Made by a program: the position numbers and the translations under genes. The notes beneath the pieces were generated by a model that had not been told where the DNA came from, made no database searches, and saw only the letters and a program-made list of their open reading frames with translations. From the NCBI GenBank assembly GCA_051874735.1, contig JBJEGD010000003.1, positions 11,165-75,164 of the forward strand: a stretch of DNA of 64,000 nucleotides, read 5' to 3'. Positions within the stretch are counted from its first letter, which is position 1. Each line of letters starts with the position of its first letter. Origin of the DNA: Candidatus Bruticola sp. (GTDB lineage Bacteria > Vulcanimicrobiota > Xenobia > Xenobiales > Xenobiaceae). Shown here piece by piece: positions 10,359 through 20,644 of the stretch.

Positions 10359-11431
10359 ATGTTTTCTAAATAAGGGGAAATCTTCTCCAACCACTTCTGC
10401 TGAGCCGCTCCATTAGGATGGTTACATTCTTTAGAAGCAATGCGAAATTGTTTACTGGTAATAGAAGGCCAAGATAGAAGCCAATAATCGTAAGGCAAAC
10501 GATCAGGCAGAGGGCAGTATCTCCACAGTTTAGGATCTCCTTCTAAAAAAGCCAGGGCAAAACGACTGCCGTTTTTTTTCGCCTGAGAAGCCATTTTTTG
10601 CACCAGTAGCCAAAAGATTTTTTCCTTAGCAGGCATAAAATGATCGAAATTTCCACGTGAGCAAGCATAAAGCTGCTGTTGTTCACTGACGCGCCTGCCT
10701 ACCCATACCCGACGTAAAAAATCGAGAGAGCGAAAATAAAACTGTCCAGGCCAAATTTCAGCATCGGCAGGAATTAAATGGAGCTGTTCTGGTTCGTCAG
10801 GCAAAGCATCAATAAATGATGCAGCTTCTGCTTCCTCCGGACAGTACATCAGCTGGTGCAATTCTACTCTAGGATAAAGGGCATAATGTTGACCAGGACG
10901 CAAACTGCCAACAAATTTGTATTCCGTATTGCGATTCCGGTGATCATTAATGGCGCCATAAATAACCAAGTCGTAGGAATTATCTTTTAAGAGAGTTTCT
11001 TCTAGCATTAAACATTGATAAGTTCCCCAACCTGGCACTCCATAATTGTCAAATTGTACATGAGGATACTTTTGGTTAAGACGCCAAGCTAGAGTATCCT
11101 GATCGTCTAAGCCACTGCCAAAAATGTAAGAGCACCCCAGCAGCAAAACCCGCTGTTTAGTTTTCAAATTAGAATTACTTGGACGGGAAGCCCGCTGTCC
11201 ATTAGGCCAAACGGTTTCTAAAGCGGTCCGATCTTCAGACGAAGGGTAGAGCCCCCTTTCGAGTCCCCAACCGCAACTTCTAACGCAAGAACGCAAAAAA
11301 GGAGCAACTTTAGCCTCATGTTTCTCTACTTCTGCCAAATAATGAAAATTAAATCCTAAAAAGGCTAAATACAGTTCAGCTGCCACTGCCAATACGACAC
11401 ATACTGCTAATAATGCAGTGATTTTACGCAT
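10337..11431 (-). CDS. SGNH/GDSL hydrolase-like protein
   Basis: GCSYIFG, DNYGVPGWGTYQ, NHPN. Confidence 0.75.
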   Translation of the reverse strand: MRKITALLAVCVVLAVAAELYLAFLGFNFHYLAEVEKHEAKVAPFLRSCVRSCGWGLERGLYPSSEDRTALETVWPNGQRASRPSNSNLKTKQRVLLLGCSYIFGSGLDDQDTLAWRLNQKYPHVQFDNYGVPGWGTYQCLMLEETLLKDNSYDLVIYGAINDHRNRNTEYKFVGSLRPGQHYALYPRVELHQLMYCPEEAEAASFIDALPDEPEQLHLIPADAEIWPGQFYFRSLDFLRRVWVGRRVSEQQQLYACSRGNFDHFMPAKEKIFWLLVQKMASQAKKNGSRFALAFLEGDPKLWRYCPLPDRLPYDYWLLSWPSITSKQFRIASKECNHPNGAAQQKWLEKISPYLENIWEGKRP

Positions 11432-11594
11432 ATTACATATCCGCTGCTTTGTAAGAAATAAGCTGTCACTTTCTCATGTTACTTCTTTAGGCCTTCCGAA
11501 AGACTGTAGCCGCATAATTTTATAATATATAGGCGGCCGATTAAACAGACAAAAAAAAGATATACAGCAGCTGGGCAAGAACAAAAAAAGCATT

Positions 11595-12491
11595 ATGGTA
11601 AAAATAGTAAAGTACACTTCAAGTTGGGCGGCAGTTTTGCTCTTGATTTGCCTCTTCAGTTCTGAGATAAAAGCCGGCCCTCTATCGGAGATTATCCTCT
11701 TTGCCTGCAAGCCTTATAAATATTTTCAAATTTATGCGGTTCGTCCAGACGGTCGCGATATAAGACAGGTACTCGACATACGACGCGACTGCCGTGAGCC
11801 TAACCTTTGTGCTCAAACTAATGAAATAGTTTTTAGCATGTTCTCCCAAGACACTTGGAATCTGTACATTACCGATCTGCAAGGTAGCTTTATTAGAAGG
11901 CTAACTTCAACATCGTACGCAGACCGGCACCCAGTTTGGTCCCCCGACGGCAAACAGATAGTATTCTCCACTACTCGCTGGGGACATATAGAATTGGCCA
12001 TTATCAACGCTGATGGTTCCGGCCTGCGCCGTTTGACTCATAACGGTTTAATAAATGATTTTCCAGTTTGGTCTCCCAACGGGCGTAAGATAGCTTTCGT
12101 CAGTTGGAAACGAGGCTGTAGCCATATTTATGTTATGAATTTGCAAAACGGTTCGGTCAGACCAATGCTCAACAGGCATCTAACTTGCGTTACTCCAGCC
12201 TGGTCTCCTGATAGTTTAGACCTAATATTTCGCGGTCACAGTTATTTCGGCGATTTTTTAGCCTATGTCGATAAAAAGAACAACCAGCATCAATTTAGAA
12301 ATAGTACTAGGTTTGCCTCTTATCCTACCTGGTCGCCCAATGGAGATAAAATACTTTTTAGCGACAATGGCAAAAATTACCACCGCCTGACTTTACTATA
12401 TCCAGATGACGGCCGAACAGAAGCCTTTGCTGCTGACATTCCGGCCCGTGCCTACGACCTAGTTTGGCAGAAAAAGCGCAGAACTTGGTAG
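11595..12491 (+). CDS. Secreted TolB-like PD40 beta-propeller protein
   Basis: Signal peptide; repeated P.WSP(D/N)G..I.F motifs. Confidence 0.88.
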   Translation: MVKIVKYTSSWAAVLLLICLFSSEIKAGPLSEIILFACKPYKYFQIYAVRPDGRDIRQVLDIRRDCREPNLCAQTNEIVFSMFSQDTWNLYITDLQGSFIRRLTSTSYADRHPVWSPDGKQIVFSTTRWGHIELAIINADGSGLRRLTHNGLINDFPVWSPNGRKIAFVSWKRGCSHIYVMNLQNGSVRPMLNRHLTCVTPAWSPDSLDLIFRGHSYFGDFLAYVDKKNNQHQFRNSTRFASYPTWSPNGDKILFSDNGKNYHRLTLLYPDDGRTEAFAADIPARAYDLVWQKKRRTW

Positions 12492-12500
12492 TTTCCACGT

Positions 12501-13130
12501 TTAATACAAATTTAACATTGATTGACGCAATAGAGTATTGGCTTCTTCGGTCTGTTCCTTTACCGAACGGCTGCTGTTTTTGTCAATAGGCGGAAAACGT
12601 AAAGGCGGACCGAAGCGCACTTCTTTGAAAGCGCAATGGATCCACCTCGCTTCTCGGGGGAAAAATTTGTCCGTTCCCAGCTCAACAATAGGATAAATGG
12701 GCACCTGAGCACGCATCGCCAAGGAAACGGCTCCCGGCATCAAAGGCCCTAGAACTGCGGGATTACTGCTAAGTCTGCCTTCAGGATACATAACTACAGC
12801 TTCTCCAGCTTCAAGCAAACGACAGCACAGTGAAAAGGCCCGCAAATCGTTGCCACCTCGTTTAACGGGAAAAGCACGCAAAGCTGTTATTAATTTGTTG
12901 AAATAAGGTATCTCAAAAAGTTCACTAGCAGCCATATAGTAAAGAGGCCGAGGTAAAGTTCCTAAAAGCATCAACGGATCGCTCAAACTTACATGATTGC
13001 AAACTAAAAGGGCTCCACCTGTTAGGGGCATATTCTCTTGGCCAGAAATTTTAAGTCCACCCATTAAGCTCAAAATCGCTTTAGTCATAAAATGCATAGG
13101 CTTAAAAGCAAAACGTTCATAAAATCCCAT
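12501..13130 (-). CDS. plsC: 1-acyl-sn-glycerol-3-phosphate acyltransferase
   Basis: NHVSLSD (HX4D) and YPEGR motifs. Confidence 0.9.
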   Translation of the reverse strand: MGFYERFAFKPMHFMTKAILSLMGGLKISGQENMPLTGGALLVCNHVSLSDPLMLLGTLPRPLYYMAASELFEIPYFNKLITALRAFPVKRGGNDLRAFSLCCRLLEAGEAVVMYPEGRLSSNPAVLGPLMPGAVSLAMRAQVPIYPIVELGTDKFFPREARWIHCAFKEVRFGPPLRFPPIDKNSSRSVKEQTEEANTLLRQSMLNLY

Positions 13131-13142
13131 TTTAATAACCTT

Positions 13143-14438
13143 CTAATACTGCTTCAGCTCTTCGATACCGCCAGTAATTCCGGAAGTTAAGACAAATAGG
13201 GTAATTTCCGGCTTAACTCCACTGCGAAAAGGCACAACCGTTTCCCCCAACCCGGTATTAACATAGACCCGGCAGCGTTCATCACTATACCAGCCAGCAG
13301 TCAGTTGCTCAGGATAGCGAGTGGAAACTCCCAACGGAGTTCCCCAAGGAAGCATTACCTGACCTCCGTGAGTATGACCAGATACAATTAAATCAATACG
13401 CTCTTGTCCATCGTATCGATCGAAAGCGACGTCAGGATTATGACTGAAGAGGATACGTGGCATGTCCGGGCTAACTTCTTGGAGAGCCTGGTCAATATCT
13501 ACTTCACTTGACCATAAATCGCTTATTCCTGCTAGACATATACCTTCCTCAGGAAGGTGTTTGGTCGGCTGCCTTTTTTGATCTATAAAAATACGATCGT
13601 TCATAAGTAAGTGCATGCCTCCCTGGGCACAGCTCTTTTCAATTTGAGCGCTACCTTGCCAATAATCGTGGTTTCCTATTACGCCTATGAAAGATATTTG
13701 TGGCTTCAGTCTGCGCATCCAAGCGGCAGCTTGATGAAAGCGCTCACGACTGCCGAACACATAATCCCCTCCCCCAACTAAAATATCCGGCTTAAGTTCG
13801 GCAATCATTTCAGCAGCTTTAGAAGTGTAAATTTCGCGACTATAAGTGCCGATATGAAGATCGGCAAAAAAAACTAAGCGAAGTCCCTCTAAACTTTGTG
13901 GCAAGCCGCTTAAAGGCAGCTTATAAGCACAGACACGATAATTACCGGCGTCTTTGCGCAATAAGCCAACTAAAATAGCGAACAAGACGGCAGCTAAGCA
14001 GACTATAGCCGTGCAGCGCTTAGTCCAAATTATTTTGTTTTGCCTGTAAGCATTGCTGAAACGTTCCGCCCCTTCCATAAGCAGCTCGAAAGCAGCAGTG
14101 TAAATAAGTAAAGAGATAGCGGCACGAATGCTTACCGACAGCCAAGCTTCTAAACTAATACGCCCCCAAAAAGCCTGCATATCAACAAATTTGCCCAGTA
14201 AATGGCAGATTAAATTATCTAGAGGCACAATCCGCAACAGCGCCAAAGCCGGCATAGAAACTGTATAGCAAAATATTCTATAAACACAGCGCTCCGGCAT
14301 GATATTATTCACAGCAGCAGCGTTGGTATACCCTAAATAAAAAACTAAAACAAAAGCCCAAAGCCCAACTATACCAGCGGCTAAACTGCGAATTTTTTTA
14401 TTGTTTAGGCTGCTAACTAAAATATTACTCCGTTTCAA
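13143..14438 (-). CDS. Membrane-bound metallophosphoesterase (YkuE/YaeI-like)
   Basis: ADLH, GGDY, GNHD, SHNPD, SGHTHGGQ; N-terminal TMs. Confidence 0.92.
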   Translation of the reverse strand: MKRSNILVSSLNNKKIRSLAAGIVGLWAFVLVFYLGYTNAAAVNNIMPERCVYRIFCYTVSMPALALLRIVPLDNLICHLLGKFVDMQAFWGRISLEAWLSVSIRAAISLLIYTAAFELLMEGAERFSNAYRQNKIIWTKRCTAIVCLAAVLFAILVGLLRKDAGNYRVCAYKLPLSGLPQSLEGLRLVFFADLHIGTYSREIYTSKAAEMIAELKPDILVGGGDYVFGSRERFHQAAAWMRRLKPQISFIGVIGNHDYWQGSAQIEKSCAQGGMHLLMNDRIFIDQKRQPTKHLPEEGICLAGISDLWSSEVDIDQALQEVSPDMPRILFSHNPDVAFDRYDGQERIDLIVSGHTHGGQVMLPWGTPLGVSTRYPEQLTAGWYSDERCRVYVNTGLGETVVPFRSGVKPEITLFVLTSGITGGIEELKQY

Positions 14439-15102
14439 GCTCGTAACCGCTCCAGCGCAAGCCTTCAGCCAGCATGCCCGGCTCAGTCAGCATAAAGCCC
14501 TCAGCTTGGCCATTCTTAAAAAATATGCCTAAATCGCAGCGTGCCTGCGAGTAGAGGGCGATGCGTATACCTTTTTTCCTATGCACATAAAAGGCAAAAG
14601 GAGGCCCTAACTTGACGAAGCAATCAGAGGAGGATGTACCTAAAGTTAAAAAATCGGCTTCTCCCTGTCCCAAAGTCCAAACAGTACCGCGTCCGCCTAA
14701 AGGACGAGCTACAGAGATGTTGACCGCTTTGCCGTCATTATTTAGCCGCACAACAACATTATCACCGTAAACATTAGTCTCCCCTTCGCCCTGACGATCC
14801 GGATGGCCCATAGCTGCAGCTAGCTCCTCCGAGCTCATGCCTATGTACAGTTTGTTTACTCTTAAAGGCAAATTCGATTTCCATTGAGGCTCTACAATGG
14901 TACAAGGATCGTGACCATCGACCACATCTGTCCAAATTCTAGTTCTTACGGCTCTATTTTCGATAGGATCTGCCTGCGCCGACTGAACCGCAAACGACGC
15001 TAACATCCATATAAATCCTATTAGACAAAGATAGAAACTACAAAACCATATCACCTTAAAAAGGGCAAATTTTCTTAACACTAACTCAGCCTTCCTTTCC
15101 AT
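14425..15102 (-). CDS. Membrane-anchored hypothetical protein with two SmpA/BLIP-like repeats
   Basis: TM then LYIGMSSEELAAAMGHPD and LTLGTSSSDCFVKLGPP. Confidence 0.55.
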   Translation of the reverse strand: MERKAELVLRKFALFKVIWFCSFYLCLIGFIWMLASFAVQSAQADPIENRAVRTRIWTDVVDGHDPCTIVEPQWKSNLPLRVNKLYIGMSSEELAAAMGHPDRQGEGETNVYGDNVVVRLNNDGKAVNISVARPLGGRGTVWTLGQGEADFLTLGTSSSDCFVKLGPPFAFYVHRKKGIRIALYSQARCDLGIFFKNGQAEGFMLTEPGMLAEGLRWSGYELETE

Positions 15103-15181
15103 AGAGTCTCTGCCTATCTGCCGAAATCAAAACAATAGACGAAATAAGTGGAGGCAGCTGGCCTTCAGCCATATCAGCAGC

Positions 15182-16675
15182 TTATTTTTTTTCAACTCCC
15201 AGCAGCCAGCGACGTCCCAAAAGTAGAGCTATAGGAGAGATCATCGCTACCAAAGCGTATATAAACCACATTTGACCGGAATGTTGAATTCCTTGAACGG
15301 GTACAAAAATATCTAATACGGTGCCGGAATAAAGACCCGTAGTAAATTTAGCTAAAAACCAAGGAATACCAGCTAGTCCCATATAGGCTCCAACTTTTCC
15401 AGAAGGCGCTAAAGCAGCTACGTATTCTAAAAAACGTGAAGACCATAAAGCCTCTCCTAGCGAGAAGATAATTAAATATAGTACTAAACGGGTTAAGTCA
15501 GGACCGGGAACTAATAAAAATGTAGTGGCCGCGCTGACAAAAGTACCGATAAGCATCATATCGATAACTTTTACTTTATGGGTTAAAGCGGCAAAAAGCG
15601 GTACAAAAATACATATAATTAGAGGATTTAACCCAGTGAGCCACTCAAACTTATCAGCGACTTCAGCAGGATAACAGCGGAACACATAATCGGGAATCGT
15701 CAGCCACTGATGGGCGAACAAAGTGCGTACCGGCAGCAACATAAAAATAAAGAAAAGGAAACGTTTGTCTGCTAAAGGCCCCAAATGACGGGATAAATTT
15801 TCCCACCAAGACAGTGAACTTTCTTCATCCTGAGCTTTAGAATCAGATTCAGCAGCTTCCGACTTAGCTTCGGGACTTACATAACGATCGTGCTCATCAA
15901 CTTTTTTAGTTAGAAAACAGAGCACCCCTAAAAACATTATCAGGGTTATGAAAGCACAAGCCCAATAGACTCCTTCAATACCCATCCCTAATCCTTTGAT
16001 GGACACTGAACCTAGCTGTAAAAAGTCGGAATCGGTGCGTATATACGGACTGACAAAGTTAGATGCTACTATACCCAAATTCATAATAGCGTAAAGTAAA
16101 CTGTAGCTTATAGCCGCTGTTCTAGGATCGGTATATTCTTTGACTCCGCTGTACATAGACGGTTCCAAAATACCGTATCCTAAGGCCATAATCACCAGCG
16201 AACCGACAGCAGCCAATGAAGCGGCAGTACCGATACCGATATGCGGACAAAAAGCTAATAAAACACGACCAACTAAAATAATGCCTAGCGAAACTAATAG
16301 TGCGCGTCGTACTCCCAATTTATCAGCAGCCCAGCCACCGCCAGCGACCGACAAAGTAACTAAACCTGTAAAAAGAGAAACTGACAAACCGGCCTGAGCC
16401 GTTCCCATGGCTAGATCGGAGCCTAAGTATCTGGTCAGCAGGGTCAAAACTCCGAAATACGCGATACCATCACCGAAACTGACAAAATTGACAATCCAAA
16501 AAGCCCGTGAGGCCAAGAAAAGCAGTTTAATTGAATCCCATAAACTTATGTTTTGATTTTCTGGCTCAGCCCCTGAAGTCTGACCGGGAGCGGTGTCGCT
16601 CAACTTCTCTGCTGACAAAGCTTGGCCAGATTCAATCTCTATTTTTTCTTCGACGGCAGTTAATTCAGATTCCAT
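15182..16675 (-). CDS. MFS transporter (POT/peptide-transporter-like)
   Basis: About 12 TMs; GGWAADKLGVRR motif A; YAIMNLG, LNPLII. Confidence 0.85.
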   Translation of the reverse strand: MESELTAVEEKIEIESGQALSAEKLSDTAPGQTSGAEPENQNISLWDSIKLLFLASRAFWIVNFVSFGDGIAYFGVLTLLTRYLGSDLAMGTAQAGLSVSLFTGLVTLSVAGGGWAADKLGVRRALLVSLGIILVGRVLLAFCPHIGIGTAASLAAVGSLVIMALGYGILEPSMYSGVKEYTDPRTAAISYSLLYAIMNLGIVASNFVSPYIRTDSDFLQLGSVSIKGLGMGIEGVYWACAFITLIMFLGVLCFLTKKVDEHDRYVSPEAKSEAAESDSKAQDEESSLSWWENLSRHLGPLADKRFLFFIFMLLPVRTLFAHQWLTIPDYVFRCYPAEVADKFEWLTGLNPLIICIFVPLFAALTHKVKVIDMMLIGTFVSAATTFLLVPGPDLTRLVLYLIIFSLGEALWSSRFLEYVAALAPSGKVGAYMGLAGIPWFLAKFTTGLYSGTVLDIFVPVQGIQHSGQMWFIYALVAMISPIALLLGRRWLLGVEKK

Positions 16676-16730
16676 ATAATTTATTTATCCTTATTAATGA
16701 ACTGCGGCTTAAATAGTGCCGCTAAGTTAT

Positions 16731-18059
16731 TTACTCAGCATGACCTTCTTTGACGGTGTTGTAGTCTGGCAGAGTTAAATCTAGTTTTTCTAAATCGTCA
16801 GCCATTTCTAAAGCAGAATTGTAGCGCTGAGCTGGTTTGCGCGCAGTAGCCTTCAGTACTATCTGATCCAATTTGGGATCGACTTGGGGTCTAACTTTAC
16901 GCAAAGACATGGGACTGCCCATTACAATTTCTTTTATAATATTCATCACTCCATCTTCCCGAAAAGGCACACGACCAGTTATAGCTTCATAAATAATTAA
17001 ACCCAAAGCGTAAATATCAGTACGGGCACTAATTTCTCCCAGAGAACTATCCAACTGCTCAGGAGCCATATAAACTGGAGTACCCAAAGTGCTACCAGGA
17101 AGAGTAAGGAGCACAGGAGCGTCAAGAAGTTTTGAAATACCGAAATCGAGAATACGTACTTTACCGTTTTTATCTGTGAAAATATTGCTCGGTTTCAAAT
17201 CGCGGTGAACGATGCCGGCCTGATGAATTTTATGCAGGGCTCTGGCGGTAGTAGCCGCTATCTGTACCGTTTCTGCCGGACTGAGTAGCCTCTCGCTAAG
17301 CAATCGTTCTAGATCGTGACCCTGAATAAGATCCATAACAATATAGTTTACAGGGGTGCTGCCCACGTCAAAAATATGGACAGTTTCCGGAATACTAAGA
17401 CGCGCCATGATTTCAGCCTCGCGCAAAAAGCGTTCAATTTGGCGTTTTGATAAATCGGCATTATCTGGGAGAACTTTTATGGCTACTTCCCTTTCCAAAT
17501 CTTTGTCAACAGCTTTATAAACGACCCCCATGCCGCCTATTCCTAAAATAGTAGTCAGCTCATAACGTCCTAAGGTATCGCCTACACCAATATTGCAAAC
17601 AGGCCTTCGCGAAGAACGCACATTAGAGATAGGAACATTTTTAGAACAAGCTCGCAAAGCTGCCCCTACTCTGGCTGTCAATACATCAGGATCGGTATTT
17701 ATATCAACAACGTCGGAGGCACCAGCGGTCAATAACTTGACACTAGGTTCTTCTCCAAAAGAATTATCTCGTGAAGAAATTACTGCTACAATTACACAAT
17801 CTGCTAATTGAACTGGCTGGCGCAGTTGGGCTATGAATTCAGCGACCTGATCTACCGTAGCTAAAGCGCAGTCAATAATTATAACATCGGGAATAATTTC
17901 GGCTCCTAGCCCATCTGCCGAAATAGATGTACGACCTCCGGAAATATATCCAGCTCTTTCTAAAGCACTGAGAAAAGCCAAATTATAGGTAGTGCCCTTA
18001 CCGTAGTAAACTACAGTGATGTCTCTGTTGACAACACTCATACAATAATCCGCCTTCAA
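16731..18059 (-). CDS. Ser/Thr (Hanks) kinase with N-terminal receiver-like domain
   Basis: GIGGMGVVY, VAIK, HRDLKPSN, DFG, YMAPE; N-terminal REC-like pattern (VIIIDC, GASDVV). Confidence 0.9.
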   Translation of the reverse strand: MKADYCMSVVNRDITVVYYGKGTTYNLAFLSALERAGYISGGRTSISADGLGAEIIPDVIIIDCALATVDQVAEFIAQLRQPVQLADCVIVAVISSRDNSFGEEPSVKLLTAGASDVVDINTDPDVLTARVGAALRACSKNVPISNVRSSRRPVCNIGVGDTLGRYELTTILGIGGMGVVYKAVDKDLEREVAIKVLPDNADLSKRQIERFLREAEIMARLSIPETVHIFDVGSTPVNYIVMDLIQGHDLERLLSERLLSPAETVQIAATTARALHKIHQAGIVHRDLKPSNIFTDKNGKVRILDFGISKLLDAPVLLTLPGSTLGTPVYMAPEQLDSSLGEISARTDIYALGLIIYEAITGRVPFREDGVMNIIKEIVMGSPMSLRKVRPQVDPKLDQIVLKATARKPAQRYNSALEMADDLEKLDLTLPDYNTVKEGHAE

Positions 18060-18203
18060 AGAAAATATTCTATACCGGGAAACAGTTTATGTCCTCTTCC
18101 CATATTGCGATTGTTTCCCTGTTTACAATCAGTTATTCCAGCAGACTGCCCTCTACAGTCTATCAGCCTATCAAACTAATTGGTAATTTTTTTATTAATG
18201 CTC

Positions 18204-18232
18204 TTGACAACTTTTGGCAAACCATATAATAT
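18204..18232 (+). promoter_or_regulatory. Sigma70-type promoter of tRNA(CAT)-tilS
   Basis: TTGACA followed by overlapping TATAAT (15-nt spacer) and TAATAT (17-nt spacer). Confidence 0.75.
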
Positions 18233-18242
18233 GTGCTCGTTC

Positions 18243-18317
<75 letters not shown>

Positions 18318-18319
18318 CT

Positions 18320-18346
18320 AAGGCCCAGATTATCTGGGCTTTTTTT
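18320..18346 (+). terminator. Intrinsic terminator after the tRNA
   Basis: AGGCCCAGAT-T-ATCTGGGCT followed by a T-tract. Confidence 0.8.
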
Positions 18347-18351
18347 GTATT

Positions 18352-19938
18352 ATGCACTCTATTGCCACCCGTCTCGAAGAATTTCTGCAGCAAAACAAGT
18401 TGATTATTCCAGGCAGCCGCTGTCTGCTCGCTGTTTCCGGCGGCAGTGATTCCACGGCTTTGCTTTGTCTGATGCATGAACTTAGGCACAGTTTAGGACT
18501 TACGTTATACGCAGCTCATTTTGATCATCAGCTGCGCCCTGAGTCTGGCAGTGACCGTCAATATACAGAAGAGCTGTGCCACTCTTTAGGTGTAGAATGT
18601 TTTACTACAACAAAACCTATAGCAGAAATTGCTTTATCCCGAGGTTTATCTTTAGAGGAAGCTGGACGTTTTGAACGCTATGCTTTTTTTGACCAAATAC
18701 AAAAACAGCATAATATTCCTTATCTATTAACAGCCCATACGGCTGACGATCTAGCCGAAACGGTTTTGATGCGTTTAATAAGCGGCACCGGCACAGCAGG
18801 ATTAGGAGCCATTAGAGCCACAACAAAACGCGGCAATTTAAACGTAATTCGCCCTTTACTTATTTTCCGTAAGAGCGAGCTGTGCAGCTATCTTGAGGAC
18901 ATAGGCTCAACTTGGCGGGAAGATTCCACCAACCATGTGGCCGAAGCTCCCCGTACTAAAGTGCGCTTGTGCCTTTTACCTTTGCTGGAACAATGGAATA
19001 CAAAAATAGTCGATTCTTTGGGGCGACTGGCCCATAACGCTCAGGAAGATGAAGATTATTTTACAGCTGAGGTACATAAGCTGTGGGAAAATGGCCTCAT
19101 CGAACCTCAAGAAGTTATAGCAGCTAAACCTTACCAAATTTTTACGTCTAATAAATTAGCTGAACAACGCATCGGCTTTCACCGTGCTTGGCTGAACAGC
19201 CTTCATCCTGCCCTGCGCAAGCGGCTTTGGCGCTTAAGCCAAACTAAGTTACTGTCTAAACTAAATGGAGGCAAGGAGAAAGTTTGGCCTTTAGAAAGTT
19301 GTCACTATCAGTCTTTGGAGAATTTCTTACTAGCGGCCAACGGCAAACGCCTGCCCTTGATAAACGGAATCCAAGTGCGCTGGGAACAAAACATCCTTTG
19401 GTGGGAAAGTAGTCAAAACAATCGACAGCTTTCTCTGCCTAGTCAGACCCTTCCCCTATCTCCTCAGGACTGCCATAATCTGCTAGTAAATAAGTCAGTT
19501 CTAGAAGGGAATAACATAGCTGCCCAACAAAGCAAAAATGAGCTAGAACTAGATTTCAATCTCCTAAATGTAAAAATTACTATACGCAGAGAAAATATTA
19601 GCCAAAAGCCGGAGCCTTTAAAAATTTGGCTGAACCCTCAAGTCTTAATTGAAAGACTTAGCTTATGTCCAACTCTCAGTATGCGCTCCCGACTCCCCGG
19701 CGACATTTTCTTCCCCGCTGGAGGCTGCGGCAGGCAAAAGCTGAAAAAATATCTGTTCAGTGCTGGAATTACTCAAAATGAACGGGATCGTGTTCCTTTA
19801 CTCTGCTGCGGTCCCAACATTATATGGACCATCGGACTCAAAGCCGATCAAAGCTTTTTAGCTAGGCCAGGACAAACCGATGTTATAAGTTTGCAGGCTT
19901 CGCCAATACATGCTCAACTAACGAAAGGGTTAAAATAA
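18352..19938 (+). CDS. tilS: tRNA(Ile)-lysidine synthetase
   Basis: AVSGGSDS PP-loop, HFDHQLR, AHTADD, IRPLL, C-terminal TilS_C-like region. Confidence 0.96.
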   Translation: MHSIATRLEEFLQQNKLIIPGSRCLLAVSGGSDSTALLCLMHELRHSLGLTLYAAHFDHQLRPESGSDRQYTEELCHSLGVECFTTTKPIAEIALSRGLSLEEAGRFERYAFFDQIQKQHNIPYLLTAHTADDLAETVLMRLISGTGTAGLGAIRATTKRGNLNVIRPLLIFRKSELCSYLEDIGSTWREDSTNHVAEAPRTKVRLCLLPLLEQWNTKIVDSLGRLAHNAQEDEDYFTAEVHKLWENGLIEPQEVIAAKPYQIFTSNKLAEQRIGFHRAWLNSLHPALRKRLWRLSQTKLLSKLNGGKEKVWPLESCHYQSLENFLLAANGKRLPLINGIQVRWEQNILWWESSQNNRQLSLPSQTLPLSPQDCHNLLVNKSVLEGNNIAAQQSKNELELDFNLLNVKITIRRENISQKPEPLKIWLNPQVLIERLSLCPTLSMRSRLPGDIFFPAGGCGRQKLKKYLFSAGITQNERDRVPLLCCGPNIIWTIGLKADQSFLARPGQTDVISLQASPIHAQLTKGLK

Positions 19939-20493
19939 ATGTTATATTCTCAAGAGCACGATGACAGTGTAAAACTGGGCCGCATTATCTATTCTGAATC
20001 AGAAATTCAAGAACGTGTCAAAGAGTTAGCGGCCCAGATTAGCCGCGATTACGCCGGATCTCCGGTCCATCTGCTGGCCGTTTTGCGCGGAGCTATTCCT
20101 TTTTTAGCTGATCTTTCCCGATATTTAACCCTAGATGTAACTTTCGATTTCCTCAGCGTAGTACGCGACAAAAAAACTAATCATGTTCGTTTGCTGAAAG
20201 ACTTGGACAGCCTAGTAGAGGGGCGTCACATTCTTATAGTAGAAGACATTATCAACGAAGGAGAGACTCTCAACTATCTAGTAAGAACTCTCTCTTTGCG
20301 CGATCCGAAAAGCATCAAGATCGTAACTATGTTCGATAGACCTAAACGACATAGTCCCAATATAGAAGCCAACTATGTAGGTTTTTGTTTGGAAGATCAG
20401 TTTGTAGTCGGCTACGGTCTAGACTACCAGCAGCATTATCGCAACCTACCCTGCCTGGCTGAACTCAAGATCTTGAATCCTGATAAAAAATAA
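19939..20493 (+). CDS. hpt: HPRT paralog 1 (degenerate active site)
   Basis: PRTase fold, FVVGYGLDY; PRPP loop reads VEDIINEGETL. Confidence 0.8.
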   Translation: MLYSQEHDDSVKLGRIIYSESEIQERVKELAAQISRDYAGSPVHLLAVLRGAIPFLADLSRYLTLDVTFDFLSVVRDKKTNHVRLLKDLDSLVEGRHILIVEDIINEGETLNYLVRTLSLRDPKSIKIVTMFDRPKRHSPNIEANYVGFCLEDQFVVGYGLDYQQHYRNLPCLAELKILNPDKK

Positions 20494-20644
20494 ACGACGG
20501 TCGACAGTTTTACCTGACGCGATTATTCTTGCCATACAGCCTGTTTTTAGGTTAGTATACAAGGCGCAGGCCGTTTAGTGTTTGCTTAGCAGCCGAAACG
20601 CCATTTTCAAAATTCGGCTCGGAAAATTTCAAAGGATATCTGCT

